The translations under genes were made by a program, and so were the position numbers. From the sequence record OR670491: DNA of 64,000 bases. One strand, written 5' to 3'. Positions within the stretch are counted from its first letter, which is position 1. Each line of letters starts with the position of its first letter. The stretch is from Escherichia phage vB_EcoM_JNE01. The notes under the pieces are model-generated. The model was not told the DNA's origin. It saw nothing but the letters and a program-made list of their open reading frames with translations, and made no database searches. Shown in pieces: positions 40,546 through 50,179 of this stretch.

Positions 40546-41310
40546 TTAATCCTTTAATATTATGTTAAAATTATCATAAAAGTACCTTTTTAGTACTGAG
40601 ATATGATCCTCATTGTATTTTATACGAAGCAAGTTAATATCATGTTCAGTACAGTACGCGTTTTTAATTTTATCATTGTGTTGAGTTTGTTTTAGTGATT
40701 CATCTCCACCCCAATGTTCTGAACATTGAAAATGCTGTTCACCATCATATTCAATACACAAATTCAAATCTTCAATATAAAAATCAAATGGTAAAGTGAA
40801 TACGTTTCGACAATCAGAAAAACGCTTTTCTTTTACATACTTCATAAAAGATAACATTTTTTCTATATCTGTTACAGCTTTTGATTGAGTTGATTCCATC
40901 ATACACTGCTCACAACCATGCCTACTAGCCAAATGATTATCAGGTCTTTGTAAAAATGACCCATGTATGGGGCATATTATGGATATATGTGTTTTGTTGT
41001 TAATATACTCCGCAGTATTGTAATCAAATTTGTTTTTAAACTTCAAATTAGCTTTTTCACGAAAATTTATAAAGTTTTTTGGACTTTTTTGACGGTTTGC
41101 ATTATATTCTTTTGAACATTTCATGCAACCTTTACCACTAGTATGATCGTTTGGTCTTTGAAGAAAAAAACCATGCTTTTCACACCCAATCCATACCTTT
41201 GTTTTTGCATTATGGTATTTAACCATACTATAATCATATCTAATTCCATGAACTCGTATTGCATTGGTCACAAATTTGTCTTTCGTTGATCTTGTGGTTG
41301 CATATTTCAT
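40546..41310 (-). CDS. free-standing homing endonuclease-like protein (two CxxC/HG repeat modules plus Vsr-like PD-(D/E)xK nuclease domain)
   Basis: Two tandem ~60-aa modules with HGxxYDYS...KVWIGCEKHGFFLQRPNDHTSGKGCMKC / ...ISIICPIHGSFLQRPDNHLASRHGCEQC; C-terminal ...FDFYIEDLNLCIEYDGEQH resembling Vsr/Hef-type endonucleases; GGAG RBS. Confidence 0.6.
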   Translation of the reverse strand: MKYATTRSTKDKFVTNAIRVHGIRYDYSMVKYHNAKTKVWIGCEKHGFFLQRPNDHTSGKGCMKCSKEYNANRQKSPKNFINFREKANLKFKNKFDYNTAEYINNKTHISIICPIHGSFLQRPDNHLASRHGCEQCMMESTQSKAVTDIEKMLSFMKYVKEKRFSDCRNVFTLPFDFYIEDLNLCIEYDGEQHFQCSEHWGGDESLKQTQHNDKIKNAYCTEHDINLLRIKYNEDHISVLKRYFYDNFNIILKD

Positions 41311-41334
41311 ATATCACTCCATGAATTATATAGA

Positions 41335-41345
41335 AATATTTATCC
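41335..41345 (-). promoter_or_regulatory. putative late promoter (GATAAATA) for the homing endonuclease gene
   Basis: Minus strand GGATAAATATTTC about 27 nt upstream of ATG. Confidence 0.4.
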
Positions 41346-41346
41346 A

Positions 41347-41378
41347 AAAAGAAAAGCACTCATGAGAGTGCTTTTGAT
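41347..41378 (-). terminator. intrinsic terminator after gp25-like gene
   Basis: AGCACTC-atga-GAGTGCT hairpin followed on minus strand by TTTTCTTTTT. Confidence 0.6.
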
Positions 41379-41379
41379 A

Positions 41380-41775
41380 TTATACAGAAGATACTGAATA
41401 AGTAGCCATTCTATTATTACTTCTAGCATCAAACACAATAGTTAGTTCTTCCAATGTTTCCAGAACCACATAACCAAGTAAAATGCTCATCTGATATCCA
41501 TACTCAATTCTGGAAATTTGAAGTTCTTTTAATTCAAGACGTGGATCTAATCCAATTATTCTTCGGGCATCAGCTTCAAGAAGGTTGATTGTATTGTAAC
41601 CATCCAGTTCGAATAGTAAATCCCATGCAATAAACCCGTAGTCAGCATCAAATGCCCTTTCGCCTTTCTTTGTATTAAAATGATTAATAAGGTCTTGACG
41701 TACCAATTCACTATCGTATAATGTTTGTGTTTTCCCTACTACTGGAGTAGAGAATCCTTTAAAAACTATAGCCAT
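41380..41775 (-). CDS. 25: gp25-like baseplate wedge protein (GPW/gp25 family, 131 aa)
   Basis: Size and motif KKGERAFDADYG matching the gp25 xGSRPFDPEFG core; AAGGAA RBS. Confidence 0.6.
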   Translation of the reverse strand: MAIVFKGFSTPVVGKTQTLYDSELVRQDLINHFNTKKGERAFDADYGFIAWDLLFELDGYNTINLLEADARRIIGLDPRLELKELQISRIEYGYQMSILLGYVVLETLEELTIVFDARSNNRMATYSVSSV

Positions 41776-41788
41776 AGTGATTCCTTAA

Positions 41789-42277
41789 TTAGACGGACTC
41801 GACAATACGTGCCATTTGTTCCGCTCTGGATGTGGTTTGCTTATACCATGTACTATCACGCATTTCTTTACCAGCAGTTTTATAATCACCACGACCGAGA
41901 GCAGCCATAGCTTTTTTGAAGTTTAAAACTTTTGATTTGCCCATTTGGAAAACCATCAACCACAATACACGTTGTACTTTAACTGGTGCGGTCATACCGA
42001 ATTGGTCATAAATTGATTTAGCGTCATTGTACGCGGATTGAGCATCTTTAATTAATAGAGCATCAGCTTCTGCTTCGGTTAGACCAGATTTGAAATTTTC
42101 ACCAGGACGAACCAAGTGACCATAACCAATTGTATCTAAACCGAGGCTGTCTTTATACACCCAAAATTTGTCATTCTTAAAATAACCCAATTTCTTTTGA
42201 TAAGCAATTGTACCTTCAAATTCTTTAACTTCTTTGAAAAATTGCTCGTCTGTGTTTTTAATTTCCCATTTACTCAT
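41789..42277 (-). CDS. T4-type lysozyme (glycoside hydrolase family 24), stand-alone copy
   Basis: LDTIGYGHL, MVFQMG and WYKQT..RA motifs as in T4 lysozyme; highly similar to the C-terminal domain of the adjacent gp5-like protein. Confidence 0.85.
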   Translation of the reverse strand: MSKWEIKNTDEQFFKEVKEFEGTIAYQKKLGYFKNDKFWVYKDSLGLDTIGYGHLVRPGENFKSGLTEAEADALLIKDAQSAYNDAKSIYDQFGMTAPVKVQRVLWLMVFQMGKSKVLNFKKAMAALGRGDYKTAGKEMRDSTWYKQTTSRAEQMARIVESV

Positions 42278-42293
42278 AAAGATTTCCTCTTAA

Positions 42294-42303
42294 TTATTTA
42301 TAG
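42294..42303 (-). promoter_or_regulatory. late promoter, perfect TATAAATA
   Basis: Minus strand CTTCTATAAATAATTAAGAGGAAATCTT-ATG; TATAAATA about 18 nt upstream of the lysozyme start with AGAGGA RBS. Confidence 0.6.
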
Positions 42304-42315
42304 AAGTAAAAATAT

Positions 42316-44979
42316 TTATTGGCAAGCCTCAATTCGACGTGCCATTAATTCTGCACGACGTGTGGTTTGTCTGTACCAAGCAGAGTTACGGATTTGTGCA
42401 GCAGCTTGCTTGTAATCACCTTTAGCTAGACAACTAAGCATAGTTTTAAATTTAAGAACACCACCTTTACCCATCTGGAATACCATTTGACATAGAACTT
42501 GCTGTGCCATATATGGCGTTTTCATGTTATAAGATGCATAAATTGATTTAGCATCATTAATCGCTTTAGTACTGTCCCTTACAAGCATATCGTTTGCTTC
42601 TTGTTCAGTAATGCCGCCGCTGAAATTTTCACCGCTGATAATCAAGTGTCCATAACCTATAGTTGGGAATCCACGACTATCTATATATCTCCAGAATTTA
42701 CCATTACGGAAATATCCTTTCGCTGCTTGATATTGTTGAGTACCTTCATATTCTTTCAATTCAGATGTAAATTGAGCATCACCAGGTACAACTTTCCAAT
42801 CAATTGCCGTTTTATCAACGGTTCCAACATTATATGATTCTTGCTGTGATGCAGCAGGAGCAGAAGTAGTTCGTTGTGTTCTTCTACGTCTAGGAACATG
42901 ACGAGAACCACGTTGTGAATAACCCGTACCGATAGTTTTGATTTTAGTTGATACAACCAATTCATCACTATCAACTGAAGGTTGAACTACTGCTTTTGGT
43001 GCGGCTTGGTTTGTTGCCTGACCTGCAATTAAGGTTTTATTTGCTGCATCAGAACCAGTACCAGTTTGTGAAGCATAGAATAACCCTGGGTCAACAGAAC
43101 CACTGAAACCGTACACACTTGATGATGTAACACGAATCTCAAACATAATGACACCATTTGCTGTACCGATTTTTTGTCCTTTTTGTACAACATCTTTATT
43201 CATCAAATCAGATTTGATATTAAAGAATACAGATTTGTATCCAGACTTATGCTGAATCAACAGTCCACCATTGGTTGCTGCGACAACACCGCCATCAGGG
43301 GCAACAATATCACCTCTGCATTGGATTTCCCAACCACTACTATCAACTTTACCACCACCTGCGACTGGTACGTTTTTACCCCAGTAACCATTCTGACGAA
43401 TAGTACCGCTACATGGCATAAACATATGCAAACCTTCATATGTAATCGTATATCCGGTCATACCAGGATCAGAAGTCATTAAATCTTCGGATTGAACTGA
43501 TTCTGTTTCTTGTGTATAGTTAATAAATTGTACTGCTTCTGTATCTTGTGCTTCTGCTAGTTCAGGAGCTACGTCATTAGCTGGTTGTGGCTGTACTGGT
43601 GCAGTAGTTGATGATCTACCACCACCTTGATATGGAGGCTCAACAGTACTTCCATGATTTTCTGCATCAACCCAGTTAGAAATGTTATGAATATGGTCAT
43701 TTAATCCAGCAGAAGGTGTTTTAAAATCAGGAGCAGAGAACATTGCAGTACCAGTATTACCTGCACTATCAACAGTTAAGTTCTGACCACCACCACTGAT
43801 GTTTACAGATGAACCACCTATTACGTTTGCACTGCTTGAACCTTTAATAGATGCAGATGAGCCAGCAGTGATATCAGTACTGCTACCACTTTGTAAACGT
43901 AGAGAAGCGGCTGTTACTAGACGTAAATCTGCACCAGAGTTCAATACAATTTGACCACCTACTTTTGCATCCAAATTACCAATTAAATCTAATTTAGTTT
44001 TACCACCAATTCGGGCATTTAGGTCTTGTCCACTCTCTATATTATAAGAACGTCCTGCAACCATGTTAATATCTTGACCAGCACGAATGTTAATGTTCTT
44101 ATCACAGTGCATGTCAATATCACCGTCACCTGAGAATCTAATACGTGCAGTACCGTCACGGTTAATCAATAGAACGTCTCCAGTGGCTTCAGAAAGCAAC
44201 AATTGAGCACCACTGCGTGTCTTTATGACTACACCTTCATTCTTACGAGAACCAACTCTGGTGTCGTTTACGGGGTTATTAAATTGTGTATCCTGGTAAC
44301 CATCTGGATCATCATCCCAAGATGGAGCAGTTAATTCTTCTTCAGTGTATCCATCATCAATAATAAAACTATTCCCGCGTGGTGATGACATACCATAGAC
44401 AGTACTGGTAGTTTGTCGAGTACTGCTGCGGTTTGCTACGCCTGCTTCTTCATCATATAGCAAGTTTTGCTTTTTAAGACCTGCGATGATAGGCACGTTT
44501 GCATATTTTTCTTGTGTAGTTGATGAAAGTGTGTTACGGTCATAGTCAGTTACTGGTAATGGCATATCAGTACCACCATAGTTACTTACTTCGGTAGCCA
44601 TACCAGGAACCATAGTGTTCATTCGTTGATCATAAACACACCCAATCCAGTATGCTTGGAATGTACGAGCCTGTGCAAATATAACAACCACAGTACAACC
44701 AACATCTGGAGGTACAGCCCAAAAACCATACCCTTTAGGGAACTGACCATAAGCTTCCGCACTTGGAATGCCTGGTGTTTTCCCTGCGAATGGAGACATG
44801 TAAGATGCTTCAATCCATGACTCCTTCGAGTTCTTGTCACTTTGTGAACCCTGAATCCATACTTTCAGTTTTCCTGATTTGGTAGGGTCACGGTTATCCA
44901 TTACTGTTGCCAGTTGTGGATAAGAAGGGTCGAAACGACCCAACTGTTGTTGTGCATACTTCTTACTAGTATCTGCCAT
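42316..44979 (-). CDS. 5: gp5-like baseplate hub / cell-puncturing protein with beta-helix repeats, degenerate M23-like domain and C-terminal lysozyme domain (887 aa)
   Basis: Central repeats NINIRAGQDINMVAGRSYNIESGQDLNARIGGKTKLDL... typical of gp5/VgrG beta-helix; segment GDIVAPDGGVVAA...LIQHKSGYKSVF...GQKIGTANG resembles LytM/M23 fold without HxH; C-terminal TIGYGHL...MVFQMG...WYRQT lysozyme domain; AAGGAAA RBS. Confidence 0.75.
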   Translation of the reverse strand: MADTSKKYAQQQLGRFDPSYPQLATVMDNRDPTKSGKLKVWIQGSQSDKNSKESWIEASYMSPFAGKTPGIPSAEAYGQFPKGYGFWAVPPDVGCTVVVIFAQARTFQAYWIGCVYDQRMNTMVPGMATEVSNYGGTDMPLPVTDYDRNTLSSTTQEKYANVPIIAGLKKQNLLYDEEAGVANRSSTRQTTSTVYGMSSPRGNSFIIDDGYTEEELTAPSWDDDPDGYQDTQFNNPVNDTRVGSRKNEGVVIKTRSGAQLLLSEATGDVLLINRDGTARIRFSGDGDIDMHCDKNINIRAGQDINMVAGRSYNIESGQDLNARIGGKTKLDLIGNLDAKVGGQIVLNSGADLRLVTAASLRLQSGSSTDITAGSSASIKGSSSANVIGGSSVNISGGGQNLTVDSAGNTGTAMFSAPDFKTPSAGLNDHIHNISNWVDAENHGSTVEPPYQGGGRSSTTAPVQPQPANDVAPELAEAQDTEAVQFINYTQETESVQSEDLMTSDPGMTGYTITYEGLHMFMPCSGTIRQNGYWGKNVPVAGGGKVDSSGWEIQCRGDIVAPDGGVVAATNGGLLIQHKSGYKSVFFNIKSDLMNKDVVQKGQKIGTANGVIMFEIRVTSSSVYGFSGSVDPGLFYASQTGTGSDAANKTLIAGQATNQAAPKAVVQPSVDSDELVVSTKIKTIGTGYSQRGSRHVPRRRRTQRTTSAPAASQQESYNVGTVDKTAIDWKVVPGDAQFTSELKEYEGTQQYQAAKGYFRNGKFWRYIDSRGFPTIGYGHLIISGENFSGGITEQEANDMLVRDSTKAINDAKSIYASYNMKTPYMAQQVLCQMVFQMGKGGVLKFKTMLSCLAKGDYKQAAAQIRNSAWYRQTTRRAELMARRIEACQ

Positions 44980-44990
44980 TTTAAATTTCC

Positions 44991-47129
44991 TTATTCGATT
45001 ATACTATCATGTCGCTTCAATGCACGAATAACGATAGCGGCTTGTATTTGTTGTGTGAAAGAGCCACCTGCACCAAAATCATGAACAATCTTATTAATTC
45101 GATAGATAGTTTGGTTAAATGTAGTTGGAGTTGTGATATCCAATACACCAGTATTATCATTGATAGATACAACTGGTTGCAATTTCAATAAAAGATAAGC
45201 TTCGGATGTTATATAGTTTGCAACGTGGTAATCTTCTGGATTTATTTCCATATCTTCACCATTGATAACTTGTTCAAGATATTGGAGATAAGAATAGTCA
45301 CTCCAGCCAATCCAGAATGGGTCACCAACAACTTTCATATCTAATTTACACAAGAATGGTCTATTATAATAGTTGTCACGTATTTTACGTCTATCCATTT
45401 CATATGTGCTACTGTTATCGTTAAGAGATGCAGATAGTGTTGTTTCATTATTCGTTGCTTCGGTTGGCATAGTGAATATTTCACCATTTCTGTGACCAAT
45501 ACCATCAGTACCGGAGTCACTTGAATCATATGTAGTTACATAGTCTTCAATATAATCAGGTAATACGTTAACTTGATAGTTATTAAGTCTGTCTTGTTCA
45601 TCAGATGCACCAACTTGCATGATATTCTTAGCTGCGTTCTCAACTTTATCCAATAATTCCTGCTGTGCTTGTGTAATCATACCACCAACACTCTTAGTTG
45701 CACGAATATCCTTTGTTGCAGCCCATGCTTCGGGTATACTATTGTACTGAACACCTTGAATATTCAATTCTTGTGATGCGTGAGTGCCCTGATGGTTCGC
45801 TACATCTTGGATTGGGCCTGGGTTGCGAGTAGTTGCAACAAAAAATTGCTGATCGAACTTCAAGTCCAAATCCAATACTTCTGTGTTTAAACCAGAGAAT
45901 TGATAATTATAAGTTTTCATGTTTATTTTTGGTTTATTGTCATTTGGGTCAACATATTTCTCTGCGTTCTCAAAAAAGTACTCAAATGTGAAGTTTTCTG
46001 GTTGCAAATCGTTCTCATGAACGACATCACCAATTTTAAATCTCACAATATAGAAAACGACCTTATAAACTGATGTGTTACGATAATTATCGAACCCTAC
46101 ATATTGTTTAACCGGAATAATGTTAACAAATTGACGTACACTGGTACTTTCATCAGCCCTTACTGTGCATGTATCAATAACATCATCGATAATACGAGAT
46201 ATTGGTGTACTTGGGTTCCATGAGAAGTTTTTAGAACCCTGACTTCCACTCTTTGTCGCACCAGTTTCTGCCATTTGCTTTGAATCATAGTTAATTATCA
46301 AATCTTGTAGGTCTGGTGCGACTTTAAACTCAAAGAACTTACCTTCAGATAGTTCACTGAATTTATAACGCAAGTAACCGTATTGCTGATCAGCCATTTG
46401 ATTCAATTTGTCTTCAATATCAAAACAAAAATCACCAAAGTTCTCTGCTACACAGGTGAATGGTTCTTTTAAAGTCCATTCCACGTTATCTACAAGGGCC
46501 GCACGGTTGTGTACTAACGATAATGTGTACAGCATAGTACTTCCACTCTCAGATGCACTTGCTGCAACACTGTTAATCTTAACAGACCATTTACGGGTAG
46601 TGTCTGGAATTACTTCTGGACGACCATCAGCATTAAAACCTATAAATTTCAATTCTAATATCAAAGGTAAGTCCATAAATTTATGGTAACGTAATTTATT
46701 ACTTAAAGAAATTAGTTCATCATACAAACTCATACTATTGTTTTCAGATATCTTCATTACTGCGGTGTTGAAGCAGTAGTTAGTAGTCATGCCAGGTGTT
46801 GATGGTCCTGCTTGCGTCATCTGAACACTTGTGATATTATACTTACCAGTTACACCACTTTCCGATATAACATGACGTTGAACTTCAGCATTTGGCAAGA
46901 GCCAGAAGTTTTTGAAGTCATCTTTATCAAGTGCAAACAAAGAAAAGTGCCATGTTGGGTTGTCATACTTAAGAAGCTTGTTCTCATAAGGTATAACGAA
47001 CTCCGACAAGTCCAAATCTTCATACACTTGGTCAACACTAGTGTTTTGTTTAGGAAGTGATTGCAAATTACTTACTTGTGCTTTATAATTGTTCTTAAGG
47101 TTTGATGCCATACCTTTAATGTCTGCCAT
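44991..47129 (-). CDS. putative baseplate hub protein (gp27-position), 712 aa
   Basis: Immediately upstream of and translationally coupled to gp5-like gene; GGAG RBS; assignment by position, only weak motif resemblance. Confidence 0.4.
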   Translation of the reverse strand: MADIKGMASNLKNNYKAQVSNLQSLPKQNTSVDQVYEDLDLSEFVIPYENKLLKYDNPTWHFSLFALDKDDFKNFWLLPNAEVQRHVISESGVTGKYNITSVQMTQAGPSTPGMTTNYCFNTAVMKISENNSMSLYDELISLSNKLRYHKFMDLPLILELKFIGFNADGRPEVIPDTTRKWSVKINSVAASASESGSTMLYTLSLVHNRAALVDNVEWTLKEPFTCVAENFGDFCFDIEDKLNQMADQQYGYLRYKFSELSEGKFFEFKVAPDLQDLIINYDSKQMAETGATKSGSQGSKNFSWNPSTPISRIIDDVIDTCTVRADESTSVRQFVNIIPVKQYVGFDNYRNTSVYKVVFYIVRFKIGDVVHENDLQPENFTFEYFFENAEKYVDPNDNKPKINMKTYNYQFSGLNTEVLDLDLKFDQQFFVATTRNPGPIQDVANHQGTHASQELNIQGVQYNSIPEAWAATKDIRATKSVGGMITQAQQELLDKVENAAKNIMQVGASDEQDRLNNYQVNVLPDYIEDYVTTYDSSDSGTDGIGHRNGEIFTMPTEATNNETTLSASLNDNSSTYEMDRRKIRDNYYNRPFLCKLDMKVVGDPFWIGWSDYSYLQYLEQVINGEDMEINPEDYHVANYITSEAYLLLKLQPVVSINDNTGVLDITTPTTFNQTIYRINKIVHDFGAGGSFTQQIQAAIVIRALKRHDSIIE

Positions 47130-47140
47130 AATTTACTCCG

Positions 47141-47455
47141 TTAACCTACGTTACGTGTACCATTTAAGAATGTTTGTACACGCTGACTTGATGGGATGCG
47201 AATTGATACTCCACTTTTGAAGTTGTAGATTGGGTCAGAACCCAAAATGTTGGGATTCAAAAGGGCAAAAACATAGTACAGGCGTTCGTTACCATACATT
47301 TCATATGCTAAACGCCAAGGTTGAAATTCATACTTAGGGGGAATTTCATAGATATCATCGGTATCTGCTGGAACAATATCTCGTGGTAGATTGTACCCTA
47401 GATACCAGGTTTGTTTCACCTTAGCATAAGGTGAATATTGACTATATGTTGACAT
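47141..47455 (-). CDS. gp53-like baseplate wedge protein (LysM-like), 104 aa
   Basis: WRLAYEMYGNERLYYVFALLNPN resembles T4 gp53 LANAIYGNPQLYWVLLMCNDN; start overlaps stop of upstream gene. Confidence 0.45.
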   Translation of the reverse strand: MSTYSQYSPYAKVKQTWYLGYNLPRDIVPADTDDIYEIPPKYEFQPWRLAYEMYGNERLYYVFALLNPNILGSDPIYNFKSGVSIRIPSSQRVQTFLNGTRNVG

Positions 47456-48186
47456 TAAATAAATCCTCCATTGCGTAATAGTTCACCACGTTTAAATGAA
47501 TTCAAGTTGAATTTCTTCGTCATGAAATCAGACGTGGGTTGTTCTTCCAACTGAATAACAACTGAAATCTTTTGAGGAACCCATACTTCATCTTGTGGAT
47601 TCATATAGCCAGTACTTCTAAGTTGGTTGAAGAACTCACGACTATCTTTATCAGCTAAGTTGAAAGTACTGTTACTACTATCTAGTGGTACTTGAATATA
47701 CGATACATCGTTTGGGTATGTAAAGTTATAAGATTTCATAATTACAGGAATATCATTATATGTATAACGACCATAACCACTTAAAAGTAAAATTGGTGGT
47801 GGAGCACCAGGTATCGCCAGTTCAGGGTTGTTGGCGGCAGCAGCCTGACGACCAAAATCCATCAACGATACTGAACGGATGAAGTGCATACATGCTAGTG
47901 TATAAAGTGCTTCAGCCGCAGTATTTGCATAGAATTCACCTTGGATAGTGAAGACTGTGTTTGTTGTGTTTTTGTAGTTGTTATAGTTACTGTTTGTGTG
48001 TATAGGCGACTGTGTTTCATATTGCACAGATCTTTGTTCGGAAATTGTAGGTGTTACAGTCCAGACAAGACCATTAGTTGGACGCAGAAACGACAGTAAT
48101 GTAGGTTCAGCACTATTGCCAAAATCACCATATACGTAATTAGCACCTGCGGTTTTAGGTCTTAATCGAATTCTACGATCAATCAT
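47455..48186 (-). CDS. hypothetical baseplate/tail protein (243 aa), first gene of the late baseplate operon
   Basis: ORF with GGAGAATCAAA RBS and perfect late promoter upstream. Confidence 0.5.
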   Translation of the reverse strand: MIDRRIRLRPKTAGANYVYGDFGNSAEPTLLSFLRPTNGLVWTVTPTISEQRSVQYETQSPIHTNSNYNNYKNTTNTVFTIQGEFYANTAAEALYTLACMHFIRSVSLMDFGRQAAAANNPELAIPGAPPPILLLSGYGRYTYNDIPVIMKSYNFTYPNDVSYIQVPLDSSNSTFNLADKDSREFFNQLRSTGYMNPQDEVWVPQKISVVIQLEEQPTSDFMTKKFNLNSFKRGELLRNGGFI

Positions 48187-48217
48187 TTTGATTCTCCATT
48201 ATAAGGGAACATTTGAT

Positions 48218-48227
48218 GTATTTATAC
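48218..48227 (-). promoter_or_regulatory. late promoter, perfect TATAAATA, for baseplate operon
   Basis: Minus strand CCACGTATAAATACATC about 33 nt upstream of ATG 48186. Confidence 0.6.
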
Positions 48228-48247
48228 GTGGAACAAAGTTGATTTTG

Positions 48248-48258
48248 GTGCTATAATA
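48248..48258 (+). promoter_or_regulatory. extended -10 promoter (TGcTATAAT) for gp55 gene
   Basis: GGTGCTATAATAAC about 55 nt upstream of the RBS-supported ATG 48313; divergent from the late promoter. Confidence 0.5.
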
Positions 48259-48312
48259 ACATTGATGGTACAAGGATTGTGCCAATTGGTTTCAAAACAT
48301 GGAGAGTTAATA

Positions 48313-49152
48313 ATGTCAATTAAACCCAAGCGTAAAAAGTATCTCAACAATGCTGATTTGCTTAGAGAAATTCAGAAAAGTAAAATGTCATATTGCTGGT
48401 TGTTAGACAAAAGCTACAGTATGTACGATTACATTGTTTTTGATGAATCTGAAATTACAGCAGAAATGTTGGATAAAGCTAAAGCTGCTCGTATCAAACG
48501 TCTTAACAATGAGATGCTTGATGCAGTACGTGAAAAAGAGGGTATGAGTGCTAAGAAAGCGAAGGAATACGCAGAAGCAAACAATTTAGTACTCACTGAT
48601 GTAGCCATTGATGAAGTTGTTATTCGTGTCATCACTGATGAACATATCCAACCGGATACACGAGTGAATTTTGAACCTTTTAAACATTACATTGTTGATG
48701 AAGAAGGTATCCTGTATGAAGTTGCTCGCTCTCACTGGAAAGGTGATTTAGAAGAAGGTGAGTTCTGCTTGACACATGGCAAAATCACAAATGAACTAGG
48801 TAAGATGTTCATCAAACTAGCAGAAGAAATCTCTCACAAATCAAACTATCGTAACTATACGTATCTTGATGAAATGATGGGTGATGCTAGAATACAATTA
48901 GTTAAAAACGCACTACTCTTTAAAGAGAGTATTCTTTATAAGAAAGATAAACCAGCAGTACAGTTGAATCCTTTCTCATATTATACTTCGTTTGTCAACA
49001 ACAGTTTCAGGTCAATCCTGAACAGTGAGAAGAATGTACGTAACATCCGTGATGATCTTCTTGAGATGCATGGTTTTACACCTTCCCATACACGACAAAT
49101 TGAAATTGAAATGAATATGATTGAAAGGAAGAACGAAGATGGCTCTATTTGA
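48313..49152 (+). CDS. 55: gp55-like late-transcription sigma factor
   Basis: MSIKPKRKKYLNNADLLREIQ parallels T4 gp55 N-terminus (KPKYNYVNNKELLQAII); further matches ...KLAEEISHKSNYRNYT... and NPFSYYTSFVNNSF; start moved to ATG with GGAGAG RBS. Confidence 0.8.
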   Translation: MSIKPKRKKYLNNADLLREIQKSKMSYCWLLDKSYSMYDYIVFDESEITAEMLDKAKAARIKRLNNEMLDAVREKEGMSAKKAKEYAEANNLVLTDVAIDEVVIRVITDEHIQPDTRVNFEPFKHYIVDEEGILYEVARSHWKGDLEEGEFCLTHGKITNELGKMFIKLAEEISHKSNYRNYTYLDEMMGDARIQLVKNALLFKESILYKKDKPAVQLNPFSYYTSFVNNSFRSILNSEKNVRNIRDDLLEMHGFTPSHTRQIEIEMNMIERKNEDGSI

Positions 49153-50170
49153 TAAACTGATTACATTTACTGACATTCATCTAGGATTGAAGAATAACAG
49201 TAAGCAACACAATGAAGATTGTTTAAACTTTATCCGCTTCATGATAAAGATTGCCAAAGAAAAGGGCATTACTAAATGTGCCTTTCTTGGTGATTACTTC
49301 CATAACAGAAGTAACATTAACATTCAAACATTGAACTATGGTTTAGAAATTCTACAATTACTAAATGACAACTTTGAAAAAACATATTTCTTAGTTGGGA
49401 ACCACGATATGTATCATAAAAATAAACGTGACATTACGAGTATCAATATGGCACAGGTTTATGAGAACATCGAGTTCATTAATGAGATTACTACAATCGA
49501 TGATTGTACTTTCATTCCATTTATGATTGAAGATGAATACAAACTACTACCACAACTTAAAAGTAAGTATGTTTTCGGACACCTTGAGTTGCCTGGATAC
49601 ATGCTTAACAAGATGGTTGAAATGCCAGATCATGGCAAAGAGACAGAAGGTTCATTTAGTGGGTGTGAATATGTTTTTAGTGGACACTTTCATAAGCGTC
49701 AATCTAAAATCACCCCTAAAGGTACTCGCGTAATTTATACTGGTAACTGTTTTCCGCATAATTTCTCTGACACTTGGGATGATGCTAGAGGTGTGATGAT
49801 TTTAGAACACGGAATGGAACCAATTTTCCAAACGTGGTCTGAAGCACCTAAGTATAGAACATTTACTCTTTCAGAATTACTAACCGACCCTAGTTTCTAT
49901 CTTCAAGATAATACTATTTCAAAGATTCAGGTTGATATCCAAATCACTACTGATGAGATTAGTTTTATCCGTGATACTTTTACTAAACTGTATAACATTC
50001 GTGAGTTTAACGTTGTTACCAGTAAGCAAAGTATTAAGGAATTACTTGAAGAAGGTGAAAGTTTTGAAAGTACTGAATCAGTTGATGATATTGTTATGCA
50101 ACAAATCATGGAAATTGATTCACCTATGTTCGATAAAAATCTCCTAATTCAAATTTATAGATCATTATAA
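49139..50170 (+). CDS. 47: gp47-like recombination nuclease subunit (Mre11/SbcD calcineurin-like phosphoesterase)
   Basis: Phosphoesterase motifs DIHLG, GDYFH, GNHDMY, GHLE, GHFH; AAGGAAG RBS; overlaps end of gp55 gene. Confidence 0.85.
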   Translation: MALFDKLITFTDIHLGLKNNSKQHNEDCLNFIRFMIKIAKEKGITKCAFLGDYFHNRSNINIQTLNYGLEILQLLNDNFEKTYFLVGNHDMYHKNKRDITSINMAQVYENIEFINEITTIDDCTFIPFMIEDEYKLLPQLKSKYVFGHLELPGYMLNKMVEMPDHGKETEGSFSGCEYVFSGHFHKRQSKITPKGTRVIYTGNCFPHNFSDTWDDARGVMILEHGMEPIFQTWSEAPKYRTFTLSELLTDPSFYLQDNTISKIQVDIQITTDEISFIRDTFTKLYNIREFNVVTSKQSIKELLEEGESFESTESVDDIVMQQIMEIDSPMFDKNLLIQIYRSL

Positions 50171-50179
50171 GGAAATTCT

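Noticed and set aside
48262-48312. ORF-track start of gp55 gene at 48262
   Set aside because: Begins a few nt after the -10 element and lacks an RBS; the ATG at 48313 follows GGAGAG and matches the T4 gp55 N-terminus
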